Positions 55,434 to 64,000 of a stretch of DNA of 64,000 bases are shown piece after piece. The notes below the pieces were generated by a model, which did not search any database, was not told the origin of the DNA, and saw only the letters and a list, made by a program, of their open reading frames with translations. The first letter of the stretch is position 1. Each line of letters begins with the position of its first letter. Origin of the DNA: Flavobacteriia bacterium (GTDB lineage Bacteria > Bacteroidota > Bacteroidia > Flavobacteriales_D > Crocinitomicaceae); NCBI GenBank assembly GCA_016183815.1, contig JACPDW010000001.1, positions 28,551-92,550 on the forward strand. The letters run 5' to 3'. A program made the position numbers and the translations under genes.

Positions 55434-58400
55434 ATGAAAACAAAACTAACTACTTTAATGTTACTGCTAACATTTATAACTGTAGCTCAATTTAAGCCAA
55501 TTGATCAAAACAAGCCTCTCGATATTAAAAGAGAAAAAATACAAGAATGGTTCAATAATTCCACTTTTGTAGTAGAAGTTGATACAGTGTCAGTAAAGCA
55601 AATATTTAAAAATACGGGGATTAATGAAATTGGGTTAGAAAAAGGTGAAATTTATCTTGAGATAATTTATAAAGTAAAAAATAAGCTTAAAGGAAATGTT
55701 CCAAAAAGTGAATTAAAAATTTATCTTTATAGGGGGAGATTTCAGTACATTAATGACTCGAAGTATAATGTTAGTGCAAGCGACCATTTTGAAAGTCTAC
55801 CATTTAAGGGCATATTATTTTTATCAAATAAAGAAGGAGATATCAAAAATTTTGATGAAACAAATTATAAAAGAATTGGAGTAATATCTTATCATTTATA
55901 TAATAGTGAAGCAGTTAATAATTATTTAATAGAAGAATTTAATATAAAATTTAAGGAAACTAGAGAAGAAAAAAAAAACGAAAGTTTGCAAAAAGACTTT
56001 CCAAAAAAGAAAAAAGAGCCAATAGAAAAAATAAATAAATTAAATTCTGTAAAAGAAAGAGATACACTTGGCTTTCACAATCGTTATCAAAAACGTTTGG
56101 ATAAGTATAATCTAAGAGAATCTCAAATTAAAAAACTAGTAGAACAAAATAATATTTCAACTATAACTAGAGGGGTAGATTGCGAAGATATTTTTATTTC
56201 AGAGTATGTGGAGGGAACAAACCATAATAATGCCATTGAACTCTTTAATCCAACCGAAAACGCAATTGACTTAGCTGACTATGTTATTAAGGTTTTTTAT
56301 AACGGGACTAATTCTCCAATTGATGTTCCTCTAACTGGTACTTTACCATCCAAGGAAACTTTTGTAGTTGCTCATCCCAACGCAAATTCATCGATTCTTG
56401 AAAAGAGTGATTTAACACATCAGAACATGAATTACAATGGTGATGATGCGGTTTCTTTATATAAAAATTCTTCTCAAACTCATTTAGATATCATCGGAGA
56501 AATAGGGGTAAATCCTGGTAATGGAGGATGGGATGTTCCTCAAAATGGTTCGACCAAAGATAGAACTCTTATCCGTAAACAACCTGTGGGTAAAGGTCAA
56601 CCGGATTGGGTGCAAGCAAAATTAGAATGGAAAATTTTACCTATTAATTACATCAACAATTTAAAAATGCACCATGGTAAGTGCCGTTCAAGTGTTGATG
56701 TAAATTTTGAAATAGCAAATGTTTCTGAAACAAATGATGGTACAAATAATTTTTTAGAGTTTGATATTATGGTCAGTTCAAATACGAATGACTCTTATTT
56801 ACAGTCGGCTCAATTCAGTATTCAGTATGACGCTACAACTTTTGGAACCTATATGGTGCAAAATGGTCTTGTGAACTTAACAAATGGTCTCAATTTTGCA
56901 TCAGCAACGTATGATGATGTCAATAATTTATTAATTGATAAGACGAGTAATACTTTAGGAATAGGATTTGATATTAATTATGCTCTTGGCTCATTTCAAA
57001 GAACACTTATCACTTCATCACCTCAGCAACTTTTGCATATTAAACTTCAATTCAGTACATGTAATTTAAATCCAAATATTTCATTTACTGATCAAAATTT
57101 TAATTCAAATTTTAATTTATTTACCCTTACATCTGATGCGTTTTGGACTGATAATTCGAATTATAATAATTCAAATTATCTTGGATCTATCACAGATCCT
57201 TTATGCAAGCCAATCATCACTGAATCCACTCCAACTGTTTATCCTGGAGCATATTTTCCAGGGAATCCAACCAATTTAGCTTTAATGACGATTAAAGGAA
57301 GAAATTTTGGAGCAACAAGGGGCACAAGTAATGTGTATTTTAAGAATGGGAATAATAGTACTCTTTTTCCTGAAGCCTTATTAGATGAGTATGATTTTTC
57401 TTGTACTGAGTGTATATGGTCAGATACTGAAATTCGCTTACAATTACCATCAATAATTAATGGTTTTATCAACACGGAAAGAGTTCTTCCAACCTCTGGT
57501 GATTTTTATATCAAGCTTAATGATGACAATACTCAACAGTCAAATCTTAAACAAGTAAATTGTCCTTATGCTATTCACAACCAAGTAGTTGTAGATGATA
57601 TAAACAGCACATTTGAAAAAACAAGAATCCATTTGTTAAATCAGAATAATATAGGCGGTTACACCATTCATATAGACAATAGTATCAGCCAACATAGCAA
57701 CCCTGCTGTAAGGCAAGTGGTGCTTCAAGCGATTGAAGATTGGAAATTTTTGGGTGTAAATGTAACTGTTTTGGAAGATGTGAATAATTATTCCGGAGAT
57801 GATCAAGACGGTATAAATGTGTTGTATTTTAAATCTATATTAGGTTTGGATGTAGTTGGAGAAACTTCTTTCCCAGAAGTTACATGCACAGAAAATGCTA
57901 CAACAACCGACATTCCTCATATGAGAGAATTTGATGTTGCTTTTTTATCCTCAGCCAATTGGCAATTCAACACGAGTGGTGATTTGCAAAATGGCAAATT
58001 TGATTTTTACGAAGTGGTTTTACACGAATTGGGTCATGCCTTTGGTTTTGGTCATACAAGAACCACAGATTTAATGTTTCCAACTGCAAGTGAAGGTTTT
58101 GTTAGTTCAACTTCAAGAAAAAAAATAGGACAATATAACATAGAAGGCATTGAAAATATTTTGAATAGAAGTTCGAGTATAGTGTATAGCACTATTTGTA
58201 GTTTATCACCAATGATTATATTAGCTCTGTGTCCAACTAATTCAATCACTGAAACAAGCTCATATAAATTTAATATTTATCCTATTCCAAGTAAAGAAGA
58301 AATTACAATTGATTTAGGTAATGATGTAGTCGAGTCTATTGTTGAATTGACAGATATGAATGGTAAAATCATCTTTTCCTCAACAATTAAAAATAAAATT

Positions 58401-58496
58401 AACCACATCAGTTTAAATTACTTTAATTCAGGGGTCTATTTTATCAATATTTCAAATAGTAATCATTCTGAAACTAGAAAACTAATAAAATATTAA
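55434..58496 (+). CDS. T9SS-secreted multidomain protein: unknown N-domain, lamin-tail domain, beta-rich region, matrixin-like zinc metalloprotease, type A Por C-terminal domain
   Basis: Signal peptide MKTKLTTLMLLLTFITVAQF from ATG 55434; the track's ATG 55362 adds 24 residues that do not look like a signal peptide. The LTD is IFISEYVEGTNHNNAIELFNPTENAIDLADYVIKVFYNG (about 56181-56580). HELGHAFGFGH lies at 58023-58055 and is followed by DLMFP. The C-terminal YPIPSKEEITIDL...GVYFINISN...KLIKY is a type A T9SS sorting domain. Confidence 0.8.
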   Translation: MKTKLTTLMLLLTFITVAQFKPIDQNKPLDIKREKIQEWFNNSTFVVEVDTVSVKQIFKNTGINEIGLEKGEIYLEIIYKVKNKLKGNVPKSELKIYLYRGRFQYINDSKYNVSASDHFESLPFKGILFLSNKEGDIKNFDETNYKRIGVISYHLYNSEAVNNYLIEEFNIKFKETREEKKNESLQKDFPKKKKEPIEKINKLNSVKERDTLGFHNRYQKRLDKYNLRESQIKKLVEQNNISTITRGVDCEDIFISEYVEGTNHNNAIELFNPTENAIDLADYVIKVFYNGTNSPIDVPLTGTLPSKETFVVAHPNANSSILEKSDLTHQNMNYNGDDAVSLYKNSSQTHLDIIGEIGVNPGNGGWDVPQNGSTKDRTLIRKQPVGKGQPDWVQAKLEWKILPINYINNLKMHHGKCRSSVDVNFEIANVSETNDGTNNFLEFDIMVSSNTNDSYLQSAQFSIQYDATTFGTYMVQNGLVNLTNGLNFASATYDDVNNLLIDKTSNTLGIGFDINYALGSFQRTLITSSPQQLLHIKLQFSTCNLNPNISFTDQNFNSNFNLFTLTSDAFWTDNSNYNNSNYLGSITDPLCKPIITESTPTVYPGAYFPGNPTNLALMTIKGRNFGATRGTSNVYFKNGNNSTLFPEALLDEYDFSCTECIWSDTEIRLQLPSIINGFINTERVLPTSGDFYIKLNDDNTQQSNLKQVNCPYAIHNQVVVDDINSTFEKTRIHLLNQNNIGGYTIHIDNSISQHSNPAVRQVVLQAIEDWKFLGVNVTVLEDVNNYSGDDQDGINVLYFKSILGLDVVGETSFPEVTCTENATTTDIPHMREFDVAFLSSANWQFNTSGDLQNGKFDFYEVVLHELGHAFGFGHTRTTDLMFPTASEGFVSSTSRKKIGQYNIEGIENILNRSSSIVYSTICSLSPMIILALCPTNSITETSSYKFNIYPIPSKEEITIDLGNDVVESIVELTDMNGKIIFSSTIKNKINHISLNYFNSGVYFINISNSNHSETRKLIKY

Positions 58497-58520
58497 TTTT
58501 GTGCCACAACTAAATAAAAA

Positions 58521-59033
58521 ATGAGTATCGATTTAATAATATACCTTTTAGGGGGATTAACCATTGGCTCAGCTTTAATGGTAATCATAAGTAAACATCC
58601 GGTGAGAAGTGTTTTGTATTTGATATTAACCTTCTTCTTGATTTCAGCTAACTATATCATGTTAAACGCACAGTTTGTTGCTATTGTAAATATCATTGTT
58701 TACGCTGGAGCAATTATGGTTTTGTTCTTATTTGTCTTAATGTTATTAAACTTGAGCAAAGAAAACGAACCTAAAACTTCATTATTAGTTAAAGTAAGTG
58801 CCTTAATTTCTGGAAGTCTATTGTTGTTGGTTTTGTTAGCTGTTTTTAAAGACGCTAGTTTTTTATCAATAGAAAACGAGGTGAGTAATCCGAATCATGG
58901 ATTAGTACAGAATTTAGGAAAACTTTTATTTACCAAATATGTTTTACCATTTGAGGTATCGTCAATATTATTTATTGCAGCAATGGTTGGTGCAGTTTTA
59001 TTAGCAAAAAGAGATAAAAATATAATAGAATAA
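58521..59033 (+). CDS. nuoJ: NADH-quinone oxidoreductase subunit J
   Basis: 170 aa with 5 TM helices. Has the NuoJ-like pattern (VIISKHPVRSVLYLILTFF...VYAGAIMVLFLFVLMLL). Position is between nuoI and nuoK. Confidence 0.9.
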   Translation: MSIDLIIYLLGGLTIGSALMVIISKHPVRSVLYLILTFFLISANYIMLNAQFVAIVNIIVYAGAIMVLFLFVLMLLNLSKENEPKTSLLVKVSALISGSLLLLVLLAVFKDASFLSIENEVSNPNHGLVQNLGKLLFTKYVLPFEVSSILFIAAMVGAVLLAKRDKNIIE

Positions 59034-59035
59034 TT

Positions 59036-59365
59036 ATGATTTTAAGTACAGTTTTTGAAGCAGGAATTTCAATTCAATACTACGTTATCCTTTCAGCAAT
59101 TTTGTTTTCGATTGGGGTAATTGGAGTACTCATTCGTAAAAATGCTATTGTTTTATTGATGTGCATTGAATTAATGTTAAATGCAGCTAATTTACTTTTA
59201 GTTGCCTTTTCAAGTTATTTTGAACAATCCGACGGACAAGTGTTTGTCTTTTTTATTATGGTAGTCGCAGCAGCTGAAGCAACAGTAGGACTGTCCATTT
59301 TAATCATGGCATACAGAAATATAAGAACCGTGGATGTGAGTTTATTTAATCAATTAAAAGATTAA
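59036..59365 (+). CDS. nuoK: NADH-quinone oxidoreductase subunit K
   Basis: 109 aa with 3 TM helices. Contains the CIELMLNAANL and VVAAAEATVGLSIL signatures. Confidence 0.95.
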   Translation: MILSTVFEAGISIQYYVILSAILFSIGVIGVLIRKNAIVLLMCIELMLNAANLLLVAFSSYFEQSDGQVFVFFIMVVAAAEATVGLSILIMAYRNIRTVDVSLFNQLKD

Positions 59366-59367
59366 TC

Positions 59368-61284
59368 ATGACAATAAATTTATTACTTCTTTCGATATTA
59401 TTTTTACCCCTTATTGGAGCATTTTTTAATGGAATAGTAGGAAAATATCTATCTAAATCTATTGTTGGAACAATTGCAACAGGGGTGATGTTTATCGCAT
59501 TCTTCCTTTCTTTTGTTTTATTTACAAAATTAAACGGACCTGAGGTTTATTCCTTGTTTTCTGTTATTCAATTGTCTGACTTTAGTCTAAATTTTAGTTT
59601 ACAAGCAGACACGCTTTCCGTTTGGATGACAATGATTGTTACTGGAGTAGGTGCATTAATTCATTTGTTTTCTATGGGATATATGCATGAAGACAAAGGT
59701 TATTACAAATTCTTTACCTATTTGAATTTATTTGTTTTTGCCATGTTGATATTGGTATTAGGCAGTAATTATTTTATGTTGTTTTTTGGATGGGAAGGAG
59801 TTGGTATTTGCTCTTATTTGTTAATTGGTTTTCATTATTCAGATGAACAAAAGGGTTTGGCTAACAGTTTAGCAGCAAGAAAGGCCTTTATTATGAATAG
59901 AATTGGTGATTTAGGATTATTGATTGCATTGTTCATGATTTTAGCTCAATTTGGAACACTTGAATATAGAGAATTAGCTGAAAAAATGTCGCTTGCTGAT
60001 TTATCTGTTTCAACTTGGGTAATGTTTGGTATAACTTTATGTTTGTTTATTGGTGCAACAGGAAAAAGTGCTCAAATTCCACTTTTCACTTGGCTACCTG
60101 ATGCGATGGCTGGACCAACGCCTGTTTCAGCTTTAATTCACGCTGCTACGATGGTTACAGCAGGTATCTTTTTGGTCGTACGTTCAAATTTTTTCTTTGA
60201 AAAAGCTCCGCATACTCAAGAGATAATTTTGTATATTGGTTTAGCGACTTCTTTAATAGCAGCATTTATTGCAATAAAACAAAACGACATTAAAAAGGTT
60301 TTGGCTTATTCAACGGTATCTCAACTAGGTTTTATTTTTGTGTCCTTAGGAATGGGAGGTTATGTAGCTGCAATGTTTCATGTAAGCACACATGCGTTCT
60401 TTAAAGCACTTTTATTTTTAGGTTCGGGTAGTGTAATTCATGCCATGCATCACGAACAAGATATTCGTAAAATGGGTGCATTGAAAAAATATATTCCTAT
60501 TACTCACATCACTTTTTTAATTGGTACTTTAGCTATTGCAGGGTTTCCATTTTTATCAGGTTTCTTTTCTAAAGATGAAATTTTAGCTCACGCTTTACAC
60601 CATAATTTTGTAATTTATATTTTACTGGCGTTTAGTGCAATGCTCACAGCAATCTATATGTTTAGATTATACTTTTTAGTGTTTCATGGAGAATTTAGAG
60701 GAAGCGACCATCAAAAAAGTCATTTGCATGAAAGTCCATTAAACATGACTTTACCTTTAATGATACTAGCTGTTTTATCTGTTATCGGTGGGGTTTTAAA
60801 CTTACCTTCATTATTTGGAGAAGGAATTTCACATTGGTTCACACATTTACTAAAACAAACAGATGGATTAGCCGCTGTTGCTGATATTCATCTTGTTCAA
60901 AGTAAAATAATAATTTTGATGCTTACAGCAAGTATTGTTACTATCGTTGCATTAATTTTTACTTATATCTTATATGTGAAAAAACAAAGTCGTCCAGTGG
61001 AAGACAATCAATTAACAGGTTGGTCTAAACTGTCTTTTAATAAATTGTATTTTGATGAAATATATCATTTTTTATTTGTTAAACCAATAGAATTATTATC
61101 AGAGTTGACACATAATATTTTAGATGTAAGCATTTTAAATAAAAGTTTTTATAAGGTGGCTTATGCGTTTAATCATTCAGGTCAGTTGATTAGAAAATGG
61201 CAAAATGGAATAGTTTCTTCCTATCTATTGTGGATGGTCATTGGGATAGTGGTAATGTTGTTTTATTATTTAATTAAAAAGTAG
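59368..61284 (+). CDS. nuoL: NADH-quinone oxidoreductase subunit L
   Basis: 638 aa, antiporter-like. Contains GWEGVGICSYLLIGF, GKSAQIPLFTWLPDAMAGPTPVSALIHAATMV and a C-terminal lateral-helix region. Confidence 0.95.
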   Translation: MTINLLLLSILFLPLIGAFFNGIVGKYLSKSIVGTIATGVMFIAFFLSFVLFTKLNGPEVYSLFSVIQLSDFSLNFSLQADTLSVWMTMIVTGVGALIHLFSMGYMHEDKGYYKFFTYLNLFVFAMLILVLGSNYFMLFFGWEGVGICSYLLIGFHYSDEQKGLANSLAARKAFIMNRIGDLGLLIALFMILAQFGTLEYRELAEKMSLADLSVSTWVMFGITLCLFIGATGKSAQIPLFTWLPDAMAGPTPVSALIHAATMVTAGIFLVVRSNFFFEKAPHTQEIILYIGLATSLIAAFIAIKQNDIKKVLAYSTVSQLGFIFVSLGMGGYVAAMFHVSTHAFFKALLFLGSGSVIHAMHHEQDIRKMGALKKYIPITHITFLIGTLAIAGFPFLSGFFSKDEILAHALHHNFVIYILLAFSAMLTAIYMFRLYFLVFHGEFRGSDHQKSHLHESPLNMTLPLMILAVLSVIGGVLNLPSLFGEGISHWFTHLLKQTDGLAAVADIHLVQSKIIILMLTASIVTIVALIFTYILYVKKQSRPVEDNQLTGWSKLSFNKLYFDEIYHFLFVKPIELLSELTHNILDVSILNKSFYKVAYAFNHSGQLIRKWQNGIVSSYLLWMVIGIVVMLFYYLIKK

Positions 61285-61288
61285 AATT

Positions 61289-62728
61289 TTGGAATTATTG
61301 GTAATACCTCTCGTTTTAGCCATTATTAGTGGCTTTGCAACGAAGCAATTGTTAAAGTACCTTGCTTTATTTGGTACTTTATTAACTTTCTTACTGATAG
61401 CATATCGCTCGTGGGAATATTTTGGTTCATCTGAATTAGTTACATTATATTCGCTCAATGCATCAAGTGCTTTTAAATGTTCTTTTCATTTGGCTTATGA
61501 TGGAATTACTTTGTTAATGTTATTACTTAATGGAATAATTTTCCCACTATTGGTATTGGCTTATTATCATACAAAATGGATAAACAATAATCGTTTTGTT
61601 TCAATGATGTTTTTAATGCAATTTGCATTAATTGGCGTGTTTTTGTCTATGGATGTATTGTTGTTTTATGTTTTTTGGGAAATCACATTAATTCCTATAT
61701 TTTTAATTGCATACTGGTTTGGAAGTGGTGAAAGGAAAAAAGCGTTAATAAAATTCTTTATTTTCACTTTTGTTGGCTCATTAGCGATGCTATTTTCTAT
61801 TATTTATCTAGGTAGTTTTACAAATAGTTTTAATTATTCTGATGTGGTTTCTTTAGGATTGACAAAAGAAGTAGCTGTTTGGGTTATGTTTGGTTTTTTA
61901 ATTGCTTTTGCCGTTAAAGCTCCTATTTTTCCATTACACTCTTGGCAACCAGATACTTATGTTTCCTCACCAAGCCCAGGGACAATTTTACTTTCTGCTT
62001 TAATGCTTAAAATGGCACTTTATGGAATGGTTAGATGGATGATTCCTCTTGCACCAGAAGCGATTGAAGTGTTTAGGTATCCTGTAATTATACTTTCTAT
62101 TATTGGAATTATCTATGCAGCAATTATCGCAATACGATTAGACGATATTAAAAGGGTTTTTGCTTATGCATCGATTAGTCATGTGGGATTAATTGCGGGT
62201 GGAATTATGATTTTTACCAAAGACTCCTTATATGCTTCTTTCTTACAAATGTTAAACCATGGTTTGATTGCATTAGCTTTGTTTATGTCAGCGGGTATTT
62301 TAGAAGAAAGACTTCAAACACGTTCATTAGCACAAATGGGAGGTGTTGCTAAGTTAGCTCCTCGTTTTGCTATGTTTTTCGCAATCATTGCTTTTGCTTC
62401 AGTTTCAGTGCCTTTTTCAATGGGATTTGTAGGAGAATTTTTGTTGTTAAAAGAGATTTATTCTTTTTCTTGGATTTCAGGTCTTTTAGCTGGAACAACT
62501 TTGATTTTAGGAGCGATTTATACACTCAGAGCTTATCAATTAAGTATGTTTTCTGCTCCAAAAATATCAGAATTTAAAGACTTACATTTCAATGAATGGT
62601 TAGTTTATATCAAAATTTCTATTCTATTAGTCGTTTTAGGTTTATTTCCTCATTTTATCTTTGATTTAGTCGGACCATCGATAGATAAATTATTAGATTC
62701 AGTTTTTACCATTAATTTGTTAAAGTAG
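61289..62728 (+). CDS. nuoM: NADH-quinone oxidoreductase subunit M
   Basis: 479 aa with a TTG start. Antiporter-like with FYVFWEITLIPIF and KAPIFPLHSWQPDTYVSSPSPGTILLSALMLKM. Confidence 0.9.
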   Translation: MELLVIPLVLAIISGFATKQLLKYLALFGTLLTFLLIAYRSWEYFGSSELVTLYSLNASSAFKCSFHLAYDGITLLMLLLNGIIFPLLVLAYYHTKWINNNRFVSMMFLMQFALIGVFLSMDVLLFYVFWEITLIPIFLIAYWFGSGERKKALIKFFIFTFVGSLAMLFSIIYLGSFTNSFNYSDVVSLGLTKEVAVWVMFGFLIAFAVKAPIFPLHSWQPDTYVSSPSPGTILLSALMLKMALYGMVRWMIPLAPEAIEVFRYPVIILSIIGIIYAAIIAIRLDDIKRVFAYASISHVGLIAGGIMIFTKDSLYASFLQMLNHGLIALALFMSAGILEERLQTRSLAQMGGVAKLAPRFAMFFAIIAFASVSVPFSMGFVGEFLLLKEIYSFSWISGLLAGTTLILGAIYTLRAYQLSMFSAPKISEFKDLHFNEWLVYIKISILLVVLGLFPHFIFDLVGPSIDKLLDSVFTINLLK

Positions 62729-62729
62729 A

Positions 62730-64000
62730 ATGGAAGCAATTATTATTTTATTTTCAACCGGAATAGTGTCACTTTTTATAGCAATGACAAGAAAACCTAT
62801 TTTGGTTTTATTAACTGCACTTATTGGTGTTACAGTAACAGCTATTGTAATGTCAATTAACTGGTACACCCCAATGCAATGGGTTAAATATGATGGAATT
62901 GAAACGGATTATTTTACAATTATTTATGGAGCAACAGCAACCTTGTTTAGTTTTTTGTTTATATTAATTGGATATTCAAAATTTTCAAAGGAAGTCTATC
63001 ATACTGGAGATTATATTGCTATTTTGATTTTTTCATTGTGTGGAGCATTGTGTTTATTTTCTTTTACTGATTTATTTATGTTTTTTATTGGTTTAGAAAT
63101 TTTATCAATACCAATGTATGTCATGGCGGGAAGCAATAAAAAGAATTTACTTTCAAGCGAAGCAGCAATGAAATACTTTTTTACTGGTTCTTTTGCAACT
63201 GGAGTATTGTTATTTGGAATTGCTTGTGTTTATGGTGCTTTGGGAACTTTTCAGCTTAAAGAAATGAGCGAAGCAATCGCTGCAATGAAAAATTCTTCTG
63301 CTTTACTTCAAGTTGGAATGATATTGATTTTAGCAGGATTCTTGTTTAAAGTAGGAGCTGTTCCATTTCATTTTTGGGGACCTGATGTATATAGTGGCAG
63401 TCCAAATGTTGTAACAGGTTTTATGGCAACAGTAGTGAAATTGGCTGCTTTCTGTGGTTTTCTCAGACTTTTTCAACTAGGATTTAATGGACTTGATGGC
63501 TTTTTTGTTGAAATTTTAATCGCAGTTTCAGTATTGACAATGTTTGTAGGAAATTTAAGTGCTTTACGTCAAACGAAATTGAAACGATTAATAGCTTATT
63601 CTTCGATTACTCATGTAGGTTATGCATTGATTTGTTTGTTAGTGAAAAATGAGCATACTCCAGCTTATTTATGGACTTATTTCTTTGCTTATGGTTTTTC
63701 TATCGTTGCTCTTATCACAGTTTCGATGATTGTTAATGATGAAAACGATGATATAGATAGATATAAGGCCTTTGCTCGTACTAATCCATTCGCTGGATTT
63801 GTTATGATTTTAGCATTATTATCTTTGGCTGGAGTTCCACCATTAGTTGGATTTTTTGGTAAATATTTGGTTTTTTCTTCCGCAATTGAACAATATCCTG
63901 TATTAATAATCATTGCATTAATCAATTCGGGAATTGCAATTTATTATTATTTAAAAGTTATTTTAACAGCTATTTCTAAAGACGACAATGCCGAAAAATC
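62730..64000 (+). CDS. nuoN: NADH-quinone oxidoreductase subunit N (3' end beyond window)
   Basis: Absent from the ORF track because there is no stop in the window. ATG 62730 lies 1 nt after the nuoM stop. Translation gives MEAIIILFSTGIVSLF...FIGLEILSIPMYVMAG...KYFFTGSFATGVLLFG...FKVGAVPFHFWGPDVY...AYSSITHVGY, and the frame is open to the window end. Confidence 0.9.
   Translation, partial: MEAIIILFSTGIVSLFIAMTRKPILVLLTALIGVTVTAIVMSINWYTPMQWVKYDGIETDYFTIIYGATATLFSFLFILIGYSKFSKEVYHTGDYIAILIFSLCGALCLFSFTDLFMFFIGLEILSIPMYVMAGSNKKNLLSSEAAMKYFFTGSFATGVLLFGIACVYGALGTFQLKEMSEAIAAMKNSSALLQVGMILILAGFLFKVGAVPFHFWGPDVYSGSPNVVTGFMATVVKLAAFCGFLRLFQLGFNGLDGFFVEILIAVSVLTMFVGNLSALRQTKLKRLIAYSSITHVGYALICLLVKNEHTPAYLWTYFFAYGFSIVALITVSMIVNDENDDIDRYKAFARTNPFAGFVMILALLSLAGVPPLVGFFGKYLVFSSAIEQYPVLIIIALINSGIAIYYYLKVILTAISKDDNAEK

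Noticed and set aside
55969-55978. An A10 homopolymer inside the LTD/metalloprotease gene as a possible slipped-strand phase-variation switch. A second A10 run lies at 18494-18503, just upstream of the M16-like start.
   Set aside because: The run encodes part of a Lys/Glu-rich linker (EEKKNE). Long A-runs are expected in Lys-rich coding sequence and in AT-only spacers at this base composition. There is no evidence of length variation from a single sequence.
1-64000. Window-wide look for CRISPR arrays, transposases, integrases, phage genes, toxin-antitoxin pairs, restriction-modification or other defence genes, rRNA, and large non-coding elements.
   Set aside because: None was found. Every ORF over 100 aa that is not a shadow ORF has a housekeeping, envelope or secretion-type assignment, and the longest non-coding gap is about 230 nt. 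I do not claim a defence or mobile island here.

Overview
This is an AT-rich (roughly 30% GC by eye), very gene-dense chromosomal segment. It looks like Bacteroidota, probably Flavobacteriia-like. Supporting evidence: type A and type B T9SS C-terminal sorting domains, a PorX-type receiver/PglZ regulator, fused LpxC/FabZ, alternative complex III (ACIII) next to cytochrome oxidase, a short NuoG, and TAnnTTTG -7 promoter boxes.

Content is almost entirely core:
- Left end: a partial ExbB-like gene, tRNA-Ser(GGA), asparaginase, TatD, bacilliredoxin, an S41 peptidase operon, tsaE and porX-like.
- Next: an M48 peptidase, STAS-RNase Z, an FNR-like regulator, a small glycan module (GT4, flippase, GT-C) followed by a DUF3108 gene, and dnaB.
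- Middle: an inactive M16 peptidase, a 1097-aa T9SS cargo plus a TPR protein, queG and ruvB.
- Respiratory block on the minus strand: actABCDEF followed by cytochrome oxidase subunits II and I.
- Then a large orphan histidine kinase, udk, lpxD-lpxC/fabZ-lpxA, and rplU-rpmA.
- Right end: the 14-gene NDH-1 operon nuoA-N, with nuoN running off the window.

I see no rRNA, CRISPR array, transposase, integrase, phage gene or recognisable defence system, and no intergenic gap exceeds about 230 bp. I therefore cannot point to a clear novel multi-gene system.

The most unusual observations are:
1. The nuo operon is interrupted twice by passenger genes. One is a four-helix-bundle (23S rRNA IVS/Avd-like) ORF bracketed by complementary arms between nuoD and nuoE. 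The other is a 1020-aa T9SS-secreted lamin-tail-domain/metalloprotease gene between nuoI and nuoJ.
2. The histidine kinase has a 92-codon stop-free upstream extension that encodes a TM anchor but has no ATG/GTG/TTG start.
3. DnaB carries a C-terminal extension ending in an SSB-like acidic tip (EDNIPF).
4. ActA has six haem motifs and several respiratory subunits have His-rich termini.

All family assignments rest on motif recognition by eye. No database search was possible.
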